Made by a program: the position numbers and the translations under genes. Below are positions 36,251-51,119 of a stretch of DNA of 64,000 nt, one piece after another. The DNA is taken from contig NC_043011.1 in NCBI RefSeq assembly GCF_006345805.1, positions 64,368,464 to 64,432,463 on the forward strand. The letters are read 5' to 3'. Position 1 is the first letter of the stretch, and the number at the start of each line of letters is the position of its first letter. Source of the stretch: Octopus sinensis. Its lineage: Eukaryota. Under the pieces are notes generated by a model. That model saw only the letters and a list, made by a program, of their open reading frames with translations. It searched no databases and was not told the origin of the DNA.

Positions 36251-38414
36251 CGATTCTAATACGTGGCCATTTACTTCGATCACCGAACATATGTTGATGA
36301 ATATTGCAGCAATCCCATCTCTGAAAACGACACTGAAACCAGCTGCCGTGAGGAATAGGACATACCAAAGTGTTACTGGTCGACACCACTAAAAGCTTTA
36401 GATTGATTAAATTACACATGGGACCCACCTATGCCAGGTTCCTTACCCACACGCTCTAAGATATAGTGTGTGAGGTGGAGGTTATTCTGAATATTTCGGA
36501 TTGATATAGCGCAAGACTACTCCTCTCCAACCAATTTATCAACGACAAGCGCTAATCTCTTGGATAACACCTTGTCCCAAAACTTATAATCTGCATTCAG
36601 CGGAGTGGTAGGCCGAACATTATCAATTGTGTAACCCTTGTTCGGGTTCTTTCGCTACAGCACCACGACTAAACGACTCACCGCACTGTGAATTCCCCCG
36701 TCGGCTTCCAGTTGTGGTAGACATCGACCAACAGACTACAAAATCTGGCATATCAAAAAAAAGCTCAATATGTTGACCTTCCTGTTTCGGAGACATCTTT
36801 CATGTGCAGCTCGTCATCACACCCCGTACATCACCGCCTGTTGTCGGCATTTCGCAGAACTCTGCATCCACAGATGTGTGAAGCCTTATGCCTGTGACAT
36901 AGGAGATGAAACCCGCCACTGTCCTGATCCACAGAACGCCGCGTACAGTTCAACAAATTGCCACTTAAATTCCGCATAATACTACTTGGTCCCCGTAATT
37001 ATGAACTCATCACATCTTTCCAAAACCTGAACTGTTTTTTTGTTTCCACGTAGTACCTCTGCTATATGGGCCAATAAAATGGTATTCGCACCGTCACTTT
37101 TGACAATGTAATTTCGTGATAGTTATTGCAGAATTGATCAAAAGCCAGTTTCACCGCTAGTATGTTAAAAGCTATGCCTTTTCTAAGGGCCACTTCTGGC
37201 ATCATAACTAGGTGTCACTCTATTCTTCTAATTCTATTTCCTTACTAAAACCTATCACCTTTACTCTAATTGGCTGCCTCAGGGCAATCCACCAACAAGT
37301 GTGGCCATCAGCTTCCGATGGACTGATTTACTAATAGGGTCCCTGAAATGTTGGCGCACCGGAAAGGAAGTGTTCAGTGCCTAGTATCCAGGATTATGTC
37401 TATTTCTCTTATATATGACGACCTTCCAGATTAAAAATTTACGGTCCGTGTAGACGATGACTTTCAAACATGGAAGTCTTATACGACTACTATTTACAGG
37501 CCTACAAAATAGTCTATCTAGAGGAGGTCGGGAGAATAAGATAGACTTTACCCATGTCCACATTGGCGCAGTCATTAAATCTAGTCAGCACCTGGAAGCG
37601 AACTGGTAGTGACCCTGCAGGTTTCTGAGGATTTTATTCCCACCTCTCATATCGTATTAACAGTGAATCACAATAAAAGGAAAGTGCAAGTGACATAGAT
37701 TATATTAGTAAGGGAATTGAAATATTCACACATAATTTTAGCAATGTGACAGAAATCTTTCGCTGGCATTTCAAAAGTTTTGCTTAAAAAATTACCAGCA
37801 GGTTTCGGAATTTAATCTTGTTCCAAACATATATTTCAGTCGCCTCTTGTAGACTTTAGAAAATATTCTCAGAAAATATTCTTAATCTGTTATACATTCA
37901 GTCCTCAAAATGCAGGACGAGAAATGTATTTATGGGACATTAACACGACGCCCTGGAGACATGAATAAAATGACAGTAGAATTTCCTCATATTTAAAAAA
38001 CAAAACAAATTATTTGTTTGCGTAATCTTTCTCTTCGTGTTGTTATTTCTTTTCGTTTTTGTCTCTTTCGGTGTTTTTCTTTTTGCTTTTTTAAAACTTT
38101 AAACTTTGAAGACTGATTATTTCATTGTATCAACGTGGAAACGCTGGTTGCTTCGTTCAAGTTTTGGATACGAATTCCTATAATTTTGAATTTCTTTTTG
38201 TCACTTTTCATTTGGAACTCGACCATGAATATCTAATTGTCGAAGTATTGTTCAACCAATAAAACCTCTGATACAGTCGCATCGTAATCATTGTATTGTC
38301 TACTTACGTTTATATGATGAGTTATGAGAAATCTTTTAAAATATATTGATGATATCGATGGCGATGGAAATAAAAATAATACTAATACTACTACTACTAC
38401 TAATAATAATAATA

Positions 38415-39570
38415 AGGCGGAGTACTTGCACGGATTGAGTCTGATACTTAAGTCGAAATAAAATGGACGGAATCAGATCGAAGCTATCGACACCAGAGCG
38501 GTTTCACTCCTTAGGTATAGAGTAGAAGTAAACGCATGGACACAAGAGGAACTAAAACCCAAAATGTGATACACACAGAAATATTTACCAAGTAAAAGTG
38601 AGGAAGAGTACTTATTGGGAGCGAGTGCAGCATAAAACTCTCAAAGGATGAATGGCAATGTCGAACCTGGCAGAATTTGAAGCTATGTAAAAACAAGGCC
38701 ACAGAGCAGCTATTATTAGAAGGAAGAAGATCAGGCTTGTGCAGGATGAATGATTGCAAATATAAAACATTCTACAAGAAATTGAAAACGAATGAAACTG
38801 AAAATATTTCGGTAAGAAAAGAATGCATGAACAATTTCATAGAGATGTTGAAGATACGATAGACAGAGTAAAAAATGGCTTAGGATGAATAAATGTGATT
38901 TAAAATCGGAAACGGTGGCTCTAATTTATGCTATGTTCGCACTAATCTGTGCTGCCCAAGAGCAAGCACTAAGAACAAACTACATAAAATACAGAATGGA
39001 CAACACTGCAGAAAGGTATAAGTGCAGAATCTGTAGGCAAAACTGGGAAACCGAATGGCATATTACCAGCCAATGTACGCCACTAGCCGAGAAGAAATAT
39101 AAGAGACGCCACGACAATATAGCCAAGCCTGTCAATTTGACATTTTGCAATAAGTGTGGACTTGACAAAGCAAAAGCTTGATACGACCACAATCCTAAAG
39201 GCAACGTCGAAAATATAGATGCAAAAATCGTATGGGATTTTATGATTCAATGTGACCATGAGATATAGAATTTTAAGCCGGAAACAGTCTTAATTGAGAA
39301 AGGAAATAATCTATGCTTAGTAATAAATATAGCATGCCCAGCTGATACCGACGTATTCGATAAGGAAGACATAAATGTCGAGAGATATGATAGGTTGGCT
39401 TGAGAAGTGAAGCAGTTGTGGTCGAGGTAGCAGTCGTATCAATAATTGTTGGTGTCCTAGGAAGAGTGAGCAAAAATCGCGAGAACTACGTGGAAGAAAT
39501 GGGGGCTGCAATAAGGGTGGAACACGTGCAGAAAACAGCACTGCTTGAATACTCCGGACGGTGCCCGAAA
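38415..39570 (+). mobile_element. Dong/R4-type LINE 3' part, third subfamily, degraded
   Basis: DLKSET...AAQEQALRTNY, CRICRQ..ET.WHITSQC, YKRRHDN; begins after a (CTA)/(TAA) tract. Confidence 0.8.
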
Positions 39571-39659
39571 AATAAGAAGTGTTATCTTAATTCACTGGTA
39601 GCGAACATCTGACGCTGTAATACATCTCCAGTAATAGAAGCTACGGAAAGTCTACTGAT

Positions 39660-39686
39660 ACTACAACTACTACAACGATTACTACA

Positions 39687-39726
<40 letters not shown>

Positions 39727-39787
39727 GTACTACTACTTCTACTATTACTTCTACTACTACTACTACTACTACTACAACTACTACAAC

Positions 39788-39847
<60 letters not shown>

Positions 39848-39875
39848 TAATAATAATAACACTACTAATAATAAC
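39660..39875. repeat. (CTA)n-(TAA)n array
   Basis: Directly visible. Confidence 0.95.
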
Positions 39876-40713
39876 AATGAAATATGGATGACAGGATTGG
39901 CGGTGGAATAAGGATAAGTAAGACCAGGTTTTAGAAAAGATGAGGAACATAAGAGATGCTGTCCAAAGAAAAGAATATCTTAAGTGAAAAGAAGAACTGC
40001 ATTACCATTGAGGATGGAACCATTGTTATTCTGACATTTTAATGTCAGAATAATACACGACATTTTATGAGGAACACTCAGTCATTTAAATACATGTTAC
40101 AAATTATTGAAATTACATATATTAGTGGACAACGTAGTGAAAAATTGCTCTTTTGATGAGTTACTGAACACCTGTTGTCCCGGGTTCTTATTTTCTTTTT
40201 GAAATATAAATGTTGCACTGATATATGATCATTAAACAGGTGCGTGGGGTTGAATGATTCCGTACAAAGTAAGTAGAAATATTTTGGAAACGTCTCGTTT
40301 TTCCATCTCTAATTTTACTTTTGATCTTGTATGTAAAATAAGGTATTTCTCTCATTCTTCGAAGTGTCCCACCAACGAGGGTATCGATGTTAGATGTGTC
40401 AGAACGAGTGTCATGCATTATAATTCAAATTCCCGTATATTCCACATTCTGTATTACAAATATATATATATATGTGTGTGTGTGTGTATGTGTGTGTGAT
40501 AGAGAAAATCTGTATCTCTAAGCTGACACCACATATTTTGGCCGTGCACACTTTCTAATGTATAAGACTCCTCAGAGAGATGTACCACCTCATTGATAGG
40601 CATCATCATCAACATATCTTTCCTTTGCTTGTTTAGACCATAATCATAGTGCGAACCATCTGGAATATTTCAATTACGTAGCTTTGCATTACGTCATTAA
40701 AGTTAAATAATTT

Positions 40714-40761
<48 letters not shown>

Positions 40762-40828
40762 CATATATGTATAAATATTTATTTACCACTGTAAATATCT
40801 ATCGATCTATGAGCCTCTCTCTCTCTCT

Positions 40829-40875
<47 letters not shown>

Positions 40876-41099
40876 AGTATGTAGACATGTGTACTACAAA
40901 TAATTAAATAATATACGTATTCATGTACGTGTTTATATATTTATTTATATACATTTTACCTATATATACACATACACACACACACATACACACACATATA
41001 TATACATATATACGACAGGCTTCTTTCAGTTTCTGTCTACCAAATCCACTGACAAGCCTTTTGTCGGTGACTTTTTTGCCCAGCTAAATATCTATAATG

Positions 41100-41460
41100 T
41101 CTTGTACAGAATTACCAACTAAAACCTTTACCGGTAAAAGACGACTGTAGTTGTACCTGGGCTGCACGTAACTTTGTATGTCGTCTAAGACCTCCTGAGG
41201 AATTACACTCCCTTCCACATGCCCGACAGATATGATTAGTATGGTGTGTTATACCACCCCAGTGGCCAGGTTGCCAATCATCTGTCTCGCTTTATGACTA
41301 AGAAGATGACTCTTGAGTCCAGCTTTACCGAGGCAGGGTCTTCCACGGACGCTGCATATCAGCATCATATGAATACCCTTCCCATCTGGAAGTGTAACAG
41401 CGATGCCCTTCCTGACATCCCTCCTTACTTTCTCATGTGCAACTCGAGATTTCTCAAAAG
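41100..41460 (-). mobile_element. RTE-like LINE 3' end
   Basis: ICSVRGRPCLGKAGLKSHLLSH, a degenerate C2H2 motif typical of RTE C-termini. Confidence 0.55.
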
Positions 41461-42047
41461 TGACTGTACCCTTGTGCACAATATTTCTCCACCTGCTATA
41501 CATGCATACATAAATGCATGCATACACACGTACAAAAGTTCTTACGTGCATTCAAAAATTCACACACACATGTATAGCTGCATGCATTCATACATACGTA
41601 CGTACGTACGTACCTATATAAGCGCATATATATCATGAACTAACTCTTAATTTCTCAGATGCAGTACGAAGGTTTTCAGTGTAAATGTTGTGCATTGAAA
41701 ATGTTTTGACAAACAATTTCAGCTTTGAAGTGAAACTAACGTTTTTTGTGAGTTCTTAAATGTCTTATAACCATCTTCCACGCTGCAGTTGTTTTTGTTT
41801 CGGCATACGATTTTAGATCAAGTCACTTTATATGCAAATGCATCGAATATATATAAATATATATATATAGGGTGAATTTACGAGAAAAACAAACGACGAA
41901 GACAGGTGGTGTACAAAACAAAGTGATGTATTAGTATAACGCTCAGGAATAGAAAAAGTATTTTAGGTTTCTAGCCTACACTCTTCTACAGAAAGGGACA
42001 CAGAAAAAACAAGGAGAGAGAAAAATGTGTGTTGTGTCTAACGATCA

Positions 42048-43030
<983 letters not shown>

Positions 43031-44400
43031 ACTTTAATTAATATATAGTTAGCATGTTCTTTAGACTTAGTATACCTTTATTAAATACCATTAATTGCCA
43101 ATGATCAATCTTTATAGATTCCATCTAATAAGTCAAGATTTAAGCATATAAAATAAATAAATATTAAACTATTTCTACGTAATTGTTTTCCTCAATCTAT
43201 TGTGGTAAATTTTGGTATATACTAAAAAGTATTCAAGCATTTTATCCTTTTATTTATAATATTCTTCTTAAATAATCTTGATAACCCTCAATTTTTTTAA
43301 TTTACACAATATAGCTATATAGTTTTAAAGTATTCAACTATAGTTCCCCATGATAATATTTCCCCTGGTTTTACTACAGTCTCGCTCATTTAATTGATAA
43401 CGAAATATTTTCCTTTACCAAATCTCATTATATTTCTTCAAAGTAATCTTGACTATTGTATGACTATACCCACTATGATTTCTGTCAACTCCCTCAGCCC
43501 CTTTCCTAACAGAAACTGCTCCGTTTTCCTTTGCTTTAGATTTCGATATACAAAGATTTGATATACAAATCTATAAATTAAAACTGACTACAAAAAACAG
43601 TGACAAGATAGATCCCTAACAAGACCTTTTTTTCCTGATAACTTGATAGCTTTTAAGCCGAAGTGAAGACAGAATGATCTTTGTCGCTCTCCTTTCCTTC
43701 TTGGAGGTTTTAGTTAAAGTTATCCTAATGTGTCCATCTGTTTTAATTTAACTTAATTCTATGTACTTTTGCAGCAGAGGATTGCTCTGCATTTAAATGG
43801 ATGTAATGGTTGCATTGTTCACTTAAATGGAGTGGCTTCAATCGATTGTATTGCATTATCACTGGATATCCGGTTGCTTATTTTGATTTCAATAACCTTA
43901 CATTGGAACTCTATGGATAAAACCGTATTAAACTGTAAAAATGTGGCGCAGGTTCCTACCCGACATCCGAATCTCGGAGTTTTATCATGGGTACCGAATA
44001 ATTGATAATTGTCACAAATTACAAACACATATATAAATAGTCTGTGTATTGATATATGTGTGCTGCGAAAGAAAGGCCTTTCATTTAGATTTTAATAGAT
44101 GGATGAAGAGCATTCGATGTTGTCCACTGCCATAAAGTTTCAACGCCAGAGAATACAAAGGCAAAACTAGAATATGTGGATATTTCTATTGAAACATAGT
44201 GCGCAAAAATACCACTTACTAATATTTAATTACAATGTATTTAAGTACCTCTTTCTTTCCCGAAAACACATAGTAAAAAAAAAAATTTTGTTTTTAATAG
44301 ACGAAGGATACATGACACGTCAGGTGAGGTTGTATGTATCTAAAGTGCTTTAAAATTAAAATCTTAACAGTTGCCAATGTGTTTGACACGAATAACAACG

Positions 44401-44440
44401 ATGAAATATGTTCTACTTCTTCTTATGATTCACCTGCAAG
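44401..44440 (+). CDS. Gene B signal-peptide exon (MKYVLLLLMIHLQ)
   Basis: ATG, hydrophobic core, donor AAG|GTAAGT in phase 1, upstream acceptor TTAACAG at 44370; loosely similar to 20574-20622. Confidence 0.55.
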
Positions 44441-44559
44441 GTAAGTAAAATCCATATCATTTCAGTACATCCCGGAACGAGTTAGGCATCCATGATCTCT
44501 CCATACGTATATTTGTATACCCGTCTCTCTCCCTCCTTCTCTCTCCCCCTCTCTCTCTT

Positions 44560-44840
44560 TATGTATATAACACCGTGATCGCCGTGACTGACCAGACTAT
44601 TGGATCCTGTTATACATCGCTGATCACCATGCGCTTCGCATTGTTTAAGCTTTCAATGACGCCATCCCTCTGAGAGAGCGTTGGGGCGAAAGAGTAGAGC
44701 AGGGATCGCCACCTCTCCCTGCCAGAGGGGTTTTAGGTGTTTTCGTTTAATGAACACTTAAAACGCCCGGTCTTCGAATCGTAACCGCGATCCTACAACC
44801 TCGATCCTACAACCGCGATCCTAACTACCGGGCCATTGCC
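44560..44840 (-). mobile_element. SINE with RTE-like 3' tail
   Basis: Tail resembles the RTE tail at 1682-1750 and 59280-59340. Confidence 0.5.
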
Positions 44841-44953
44841 CCTACACACTCACAAATACCTAAAAAATACACGCACACACACACACACATTTATATATAT
44901 ATATATATAAATATAAATATATAGATAGATAGATAGATTTGTATATATATACT

Positions 44954-45023
<70 letters not shown>

Positions 45024-45359
45024 CAGGGAGGATATTTAAACCTCAAAAGTGTATTAATAAGATTCAGTGGTTCAATAATCATATTTTCTACAGATATTTC
45101 TTCAATGAATATATAACACAAAATGTCGAAAACTGTCTAGAAGTACTATCTACTCAAACAGAATATTCTTATGTATAGTGATCGATATCTAATTAATGAA
45201 GATGTTGATTAATTGATAATTTAATCCCTTACAATTGGCTATCTCTGTTTTGTATCTCGATAAGATTGCCGATAACAATAATAATTAAAATAATAATATA
45301 AGGTTTTAGCCACAAATTCCTTAGCAGTACCAGTTGTTCTTTATAGCTTTAATGTGCTT

Positions 45360-45650
45360 AACTGGAATACCAGTTAAATAATGAAAATTAACAGAAAATT
45401 CCGCAAGCTACTGACTTGTAAGAAGATGCACCATCCAAAGGCAGACGTGGATCGCCTTTACCTTCCCAGAGCTCAGTTAGGTCTATGTTCAATCCAGCTT
45501 GAACTTACATACAAAACCACCACAATCGGACTGGCCAAATACCTTCAAACAACCAACGATTGTATTCTAAAACTTGTTGAAAAACACGAAAGACCGAAAA
45601 AACTTCACCCTATTCTCAAGGAGAGAAAAAAACGGCTCATGTACTGAGAA
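45360..45650 (+). mobile_element. Dong/R4-type LINE internal fragment
   Basis: RKLLT..KMHHPKADVDRLYLPR. Confidence 0.75.
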
Positions 45651-45774
45651 GACCACTATCGCTGTGAAAATATCATCCATCCATGAATTTATATATTTAA
45701 TAATTTCGAAAGAAGGAAAAACATAATGATAATAATTAAAAAGTAATAATATTATAGTAAATATAACAATATAT

Positions 45775-46022
45775 ATATTATATAGAGGGCATTATTACAC
45801 ATAAATGCCTCACACTAAGAGGGACATAAGTCATTTCTACCAAAAATGTCACTAATCATACCCAATGCAGTTTTTCAAAGCAAGACATTTAAAAAATGAA
45901 TTTTTTAAATGTCTTGCTTTGAAAAACTGCATTGGGCATGATTAGTGAAATTTTTGGTAGAAATGACTTATGTCCCTCTTAGTGTGAGGCATTTAGGTGT
46001 AATAATGCCCTTTATATAATAT
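45775..46022. repeat. Fold-back hairpin, ~122-bp arms, 4-nt loop
   Basis: About 4 mismatches; loop TGAA at 45897-45900. Confidence 0.95.
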
Positions 46023-46141
46023 AAATTAATATGTTCAAAAGAAAAATATTTTTTCGAATTTTTTCTCTTATGAATTTTTTCACGCTATCTACCTCATAAT
46101 TTCTTGTTAAGATTCCTTATTAAGAAGTTATCCTTAATTGT

Positions 46142-46211
<70 letters not shown>

Positions 46212-46212
<1 letters not shown>

Positions 46213-47876
46213 TGTTGCGGCCAAAATGTTCAGAACGGCATTGTTTTCGTCAGAAAGGTAAGTATAAATTTTGTCAAAGTGGTTTTGAACTTGCATAGAA
46301 AACCACCACAATCAGACTATAGTTTTATATTCTATAATTTTCACAGGCAATAAATACAATATTAATTGTTAGTGTCTGAGATTTGGGTGTAATTTCAGAG
46401 GATAATACAAAAGTTATGGATGATTTAGTGATTTACTGCAAAACACATTACGGCCAAAATGATCAGAACGGTTAAAAAAATAACAAAATAATAAAAAATG
46501 ACAGAGAATACTGAATTTATTTAATATTTAGTGTGAAGCCCTTTAGCTTCAATCACACTCTGACATCTTCGACTGCACGAGAAAATTAAATTTTCAATTT
46601 CTTGCTGGGTGATCTTATCCCATTTTTCCTGAAGGGCATTCCATAATTGCTCATTTGTTTTAGGATTTCTGGCTTTCGAACGTTCTCCTAGAATATTCCA
46701 TACATTTTCAATAGGATTGAGATCTGGGCTTTGAGCAGGCCAATCCATAACCTCTTCAGCCTTGAGGAAGTCCATGACCGCCCTAGCCTTGTGATATGGG
46801 GCATTGTCCTGCATGAATATGGGTGGTCGCTTAGTTGAATTCCTCAGCACAGGCAAGACATGATCTTTTACAAGTTGTTTATAAACTCCTGCATTTAACT
46901 TTCCATGTAATCGCACCAAAGGGCCCACACCATCTCCAGATATCATTCCCCAAACCATGACACTTCCTCCACCGAATTTAACACTAGCCTTAAGGCATTT
47001 AGGCAACAAGTTTTCACCTACTTTTCTACGAACGTACCTTTTCCCATCTGAGCCAAATAACATAAACTTAGATTCATCACTGAAATGCACCGTTTGCCAT
47101 TTTTCTTGAGACCACAACACATGTTCGGTTGCAAAGGTAAGACGACACTTTTTTTATTCTTGGAGTTGATCAGTGGCTTCACTGCATGTGCTCTTGCTGG
47201 TAGGTCATGTTCAACTAAACGATGAGACACAGTTTTTCGAGATAAAGCTTTCTTCAATACAATGCTCATTCTCCGAGAAACAGCAGCTGCAGTTTTAAAT
47301 CTGTCCTTTTTAACCAACTTTACCATAGCACCATCTTCTATCTTGTGTCGTTTTTCTTGGTCTACCTGTAAACGTCTTGCTTCACACGAACCACAATCAT
47401 CGTAGAGCTTAAGAATACCGTGAACAACACTTTTTGACTTGTTAACAATCTTTGCAATAGATCCAATACTTAAATTATCCTTCCTTCAAAGCTTAATAAT
47501 CTGCTGACGAATTGGTAACGGAGTAAGTGGCATTATATTAACAAAGTACACTGCAAATATTCTTACTAATGTTTAGTAAACGAACCGTCACGTAAACAAA
47601 TTCAAAACATTAGAGTTCGCCGATTAAATATACTAACACACGGAGTAAAAGTAACCGTTCTGAAAATTTTGGCCGCCATGGGTTTTGCAGTAAATCACTA
47701 AATCATCTATAAGTTTTGTATTATCCTCTCACATTACACCAAGATCTCAGGCAATAACAAATAATATCGTATTTATTGTCTGTGAAAATTACAGAATATA
47801 AAACAACTTTGATAAAAAAAATATATCTATCTTACTGACGAAAACAATGCCGTTCTGAATATTTTGGCCGCCACTT
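46212..47876 (-). mobile_element. Tc1-family transposon, full length, IR/DR-type long TIRs, TA-flanked
   Basis: TIRs ~265 bp with the GGCCAAAAT..TCAGAACGG motif at outer and inner ends; transposase 46521-47533 with FSDESKF, QDNAPYH, SPDLNPIE; stop and frameshift present. Confidence 0.95.
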
Positions 47877-47950
47877 TATATATATATAGATTTCTTTCCT
47901 TTTCTGAACGTGTACCGATTACTCGCGTTTGTGATTTTTCATGTTTGTTC

Positions 47951-48018
<68 letters not shown>

Positions 48019-48166
48019 TTATATACGTTATTTACATCATTTACATTTGACGGATATTTGTCCTCATCTTGTTTGTTGTTAACACAATCAGGTATCTTGG
48101 TAAAGTGTCGAACCTGGGTTCTCATTCGCAAGATATGTTACGTTGATATTATTATTACTATTCAGG

Positions 48167-48252
48167 TCACTGCCTGGAATCGAACTCCGAATCTTGCGCC
48201 TAAGAGCGCGGGCTCCTAACCCCATGATTCCGAGTTTGATTCCAGGCAGTGA
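48167..48252. repeat. Small hairpin from a SINE head (21-bp arms)
   Basis: TCACTGCCTGGAATCGAACTC...GAGTTTGATTCCAGGCAGTGA. Confidence 0.7.
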
Positions 48253-48266
48253 GAATAATAATAATA

Positions 48267-48346
<80 letters not shown>

Positions 48347-48349
48347 TAC

Positions 48350-49900
48350 CTAGGGGTAATTGAAGGGAACGGAATAAGGCATTCAGAGATGAAGGCATGG
48401 ATCAGGAGAGAATGCTATCGAAGAGTGAGAGCAATACTCAAGACAGAGCTAAATGCAAGAAACAGGATCGAAGCAATCAATGCATTAGCTATACCAGTCG
48501 TGACTTACAGTTTCAATATTGTTAATTGGTCAATTACTGAAATATGTCAGCTCGACAGAAAAATAAGGAAACTGTTGACAATGCATAGAATGCACCACCC
48601 TAAGGCAGATACAGAACGACTCTATCTGCCAAGAAAAGAGGGAGGGCGTGGTCTTTTGCAACTGGCAATAACAATGAAGATTGCTACAATTGGCCTAGAC
48701 ACCTACCTGAAAAGCTCTGAGGACTGGATGTTAAAACTTGTCTCAAAACATGAAAACAAGAAAGCATCATACTCAGTCACAAAACAATATCTAAGTGAAT
48801 TCCGAATACAACCAATTTCGGAATTAGAGATAGATATACAAGAAACAAGCACAGAAAAAGCTAGGCGCATGAAAACCCGTGCCAAAACTGCGGCCTTAGA
48901 TATTCTGAATAATAAATGGCAAGAAAAACCTCTCTATGGCAAATACCCAAAGAGAGCGAATAATGCAGGTATCGACAAAGCCCTGACCCACCAATGGCTA
49001 ATGGCCTCTGGCTTAAAATCTGAAACAGAGGGGTTTATCATAGCAGCTCAAGATCAATGCCTACCAACAAGAAACTACCAGGCCAACATATTAAAGATCA
49101 GAAGCAGTCCAACGTGTCGTGTATGCAAGCAACAAAATGAAACCATTGACCATGTGGTCTCCAAGTGCAGTCTTCTAGCGCCTACAGAGTATCTCAACAA
49201 GAACGATAGAGCTGCACAATATATTCACTGGGTAATCTGTAAAAATCGGATTTGCCCCATGAAAAAAACTGGTGGGAACACAAACCACCCCCAGTGCTTG
49301 AAAATGACCACATCTCACTCCTCTGGAACTTCACCATTCAAACTGACAGGAAGATAGATGCAAATAGGCCAGACATCATATTGAAAGACTTCAAACAAAG
49401 AACATGCCTCCTCATTGATATGACTGTCCCAATCGATATAAACGTATCTGTCAAAACCTACCAAAAACTGAGCAAATATAAAAATCTTGAAATAGAAATC
49501 AGCAAAATGTGGAAGCTGAAGACTAAAACAATACCTGTTGTCATAGGTGCCCTGGGAATGATAGCAAAAGGAGCTGATAGTTACCTAACTCAGATACCAG
49601 GAAACCCAGAAATGGCAGAAGTTCAAAAGATAGTGCTCATGGGAACTGCTCATATCCTACGCAAAATACTCTCTATGTAATCTCAAGGTTTAAAACAAAC
49701 ATAATTTTCGGTCTAAAAAAAAAAAAAAAAAATTTTTTTTTTAGACATTCATTAGTACAACATCCCCACCCCCCAAATATATGGCACACTAGGCATAACA
49801 ACAACATGAACTTCCAACACTGTTGTCTCTTGTGGTCTCTGGGTGAGACTTGGAGCCAACTTGTACAAACATAAAGCAAAAGTCAAACATAAAATAATAA
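48350..49900 (+). mobile_element. Dong/R4-type LINE, 5'-truncated, subfamily 1
   Basis: ORFs 48389-49357 and 49252-49680; (TAA)n on both sides. Confidence 0.92.
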
Positions 49901-50372
49901 TAATAATAATAATAAAAACAACAACATCGAAAACTACATTAGGAATGAGAAAACAAGTGTATATCAGCCGAAATGTTGTGTTAATAATAAACAAGATGCG
50001 GACAAATATCCGTCAAATATAAAAAATGAAATTTATAGAAGTGATACTGAGATATGTGAATAATGAATGACAAAAATGTTTTTCGATTTCAAGGTTATGA
50101 AGCAGCAGAGTACTGCTATGAAGCAGCGATAAAACTTTGTCCTCATTCTATGCAAAATTATCCTATAAGTAGGCCGGATCGTCACTATTGCGAGTAAATA
50201 TGCTTGTTTTCAACGTTTATTTCTAATATTTTTGTCCATAAATTTCTAATGAATGATATTTGAATGTTTCCTATATGTTGTCACATGATGCGTATCTCTT
50301 TATATCATTTATGCATATATATGTGTGTGCGTGTGTGTATGTATGTATACAGAGAGAGATATAGATATATAT

Positions 50373-50700
50373 ACTAGCAGCAAAGCCCGGTTTCTCAGGG
50401 TCTCTTTTTGATGATGTAGCTATGATCGTGTTCGGTTAAGCATAATCTATGACATCTTTACTCAACCCAATCATACTGGTCCCTGTTTTGATTGGAGCCT
50501 CCGAGTGTATGAAAATTTCGTGACTCCCCCAACTTATCAGAAAACTACTTCAGAAGTTGTGAAGTACGAATTTGTACGTGGTCTGTTTCTGAGAGCCATT
50601 CTTTTGGACCTCTGAATAATCATTAAAATATTGATTCAATTATGATCATAGAAAGAAATTATACTTTAATCCCTATTTTTGTATCCGAAAAAACTATTTG
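50373..50700 (+). mobile_element. Possible Helentron/DINE-like non-autonomous element end
   Basis: Starts TACTAG...GCCCGG; similar ends near 56900-56935 (minus) and core tandem repeats at 57740-58060. Confidence 0.3.
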
Positions 50701-50961
50701 CAGAGAGTAGAGATTGTAGGAAGATATATGAATTGGACCTGTGTGTGTGTGTGTGTATGTGTGCGTGCGTGATTGAGACAAGTGGACGTGTGAGAGAAAT
50801 AGGGTAAGAAAGCGACATAGAATGAGTTAGTGAAGGTGTTGTAAAGATTGCCGTCTTTTAAGGTACACTAATAATATTATTAATAATAATAATAATAATG
50901 AATAATAATAATAATAAATAATAATAATAATAATATAATAATGATAATAATAATAATAATA

Positions 50962-51020
<59 letters not shown>

Positions 51021-51028
51021 TAATAATG

Positions 51029-51061
<33 letters not shown>

Positions 51062-51119
51062 GTAATAATAAAATTATAATAGTAATAATAATAAGAAGAA
51101 GAAGAAAAAGAAGAAAAAT

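Noticed and set aside
43760-43990. GCAGCAGAGGATTGC (AAEDC) resembling the start of gene A exon 2
   Set aside because: Early stop, different Cys spacing, and it lies upstream of the B signal exon.
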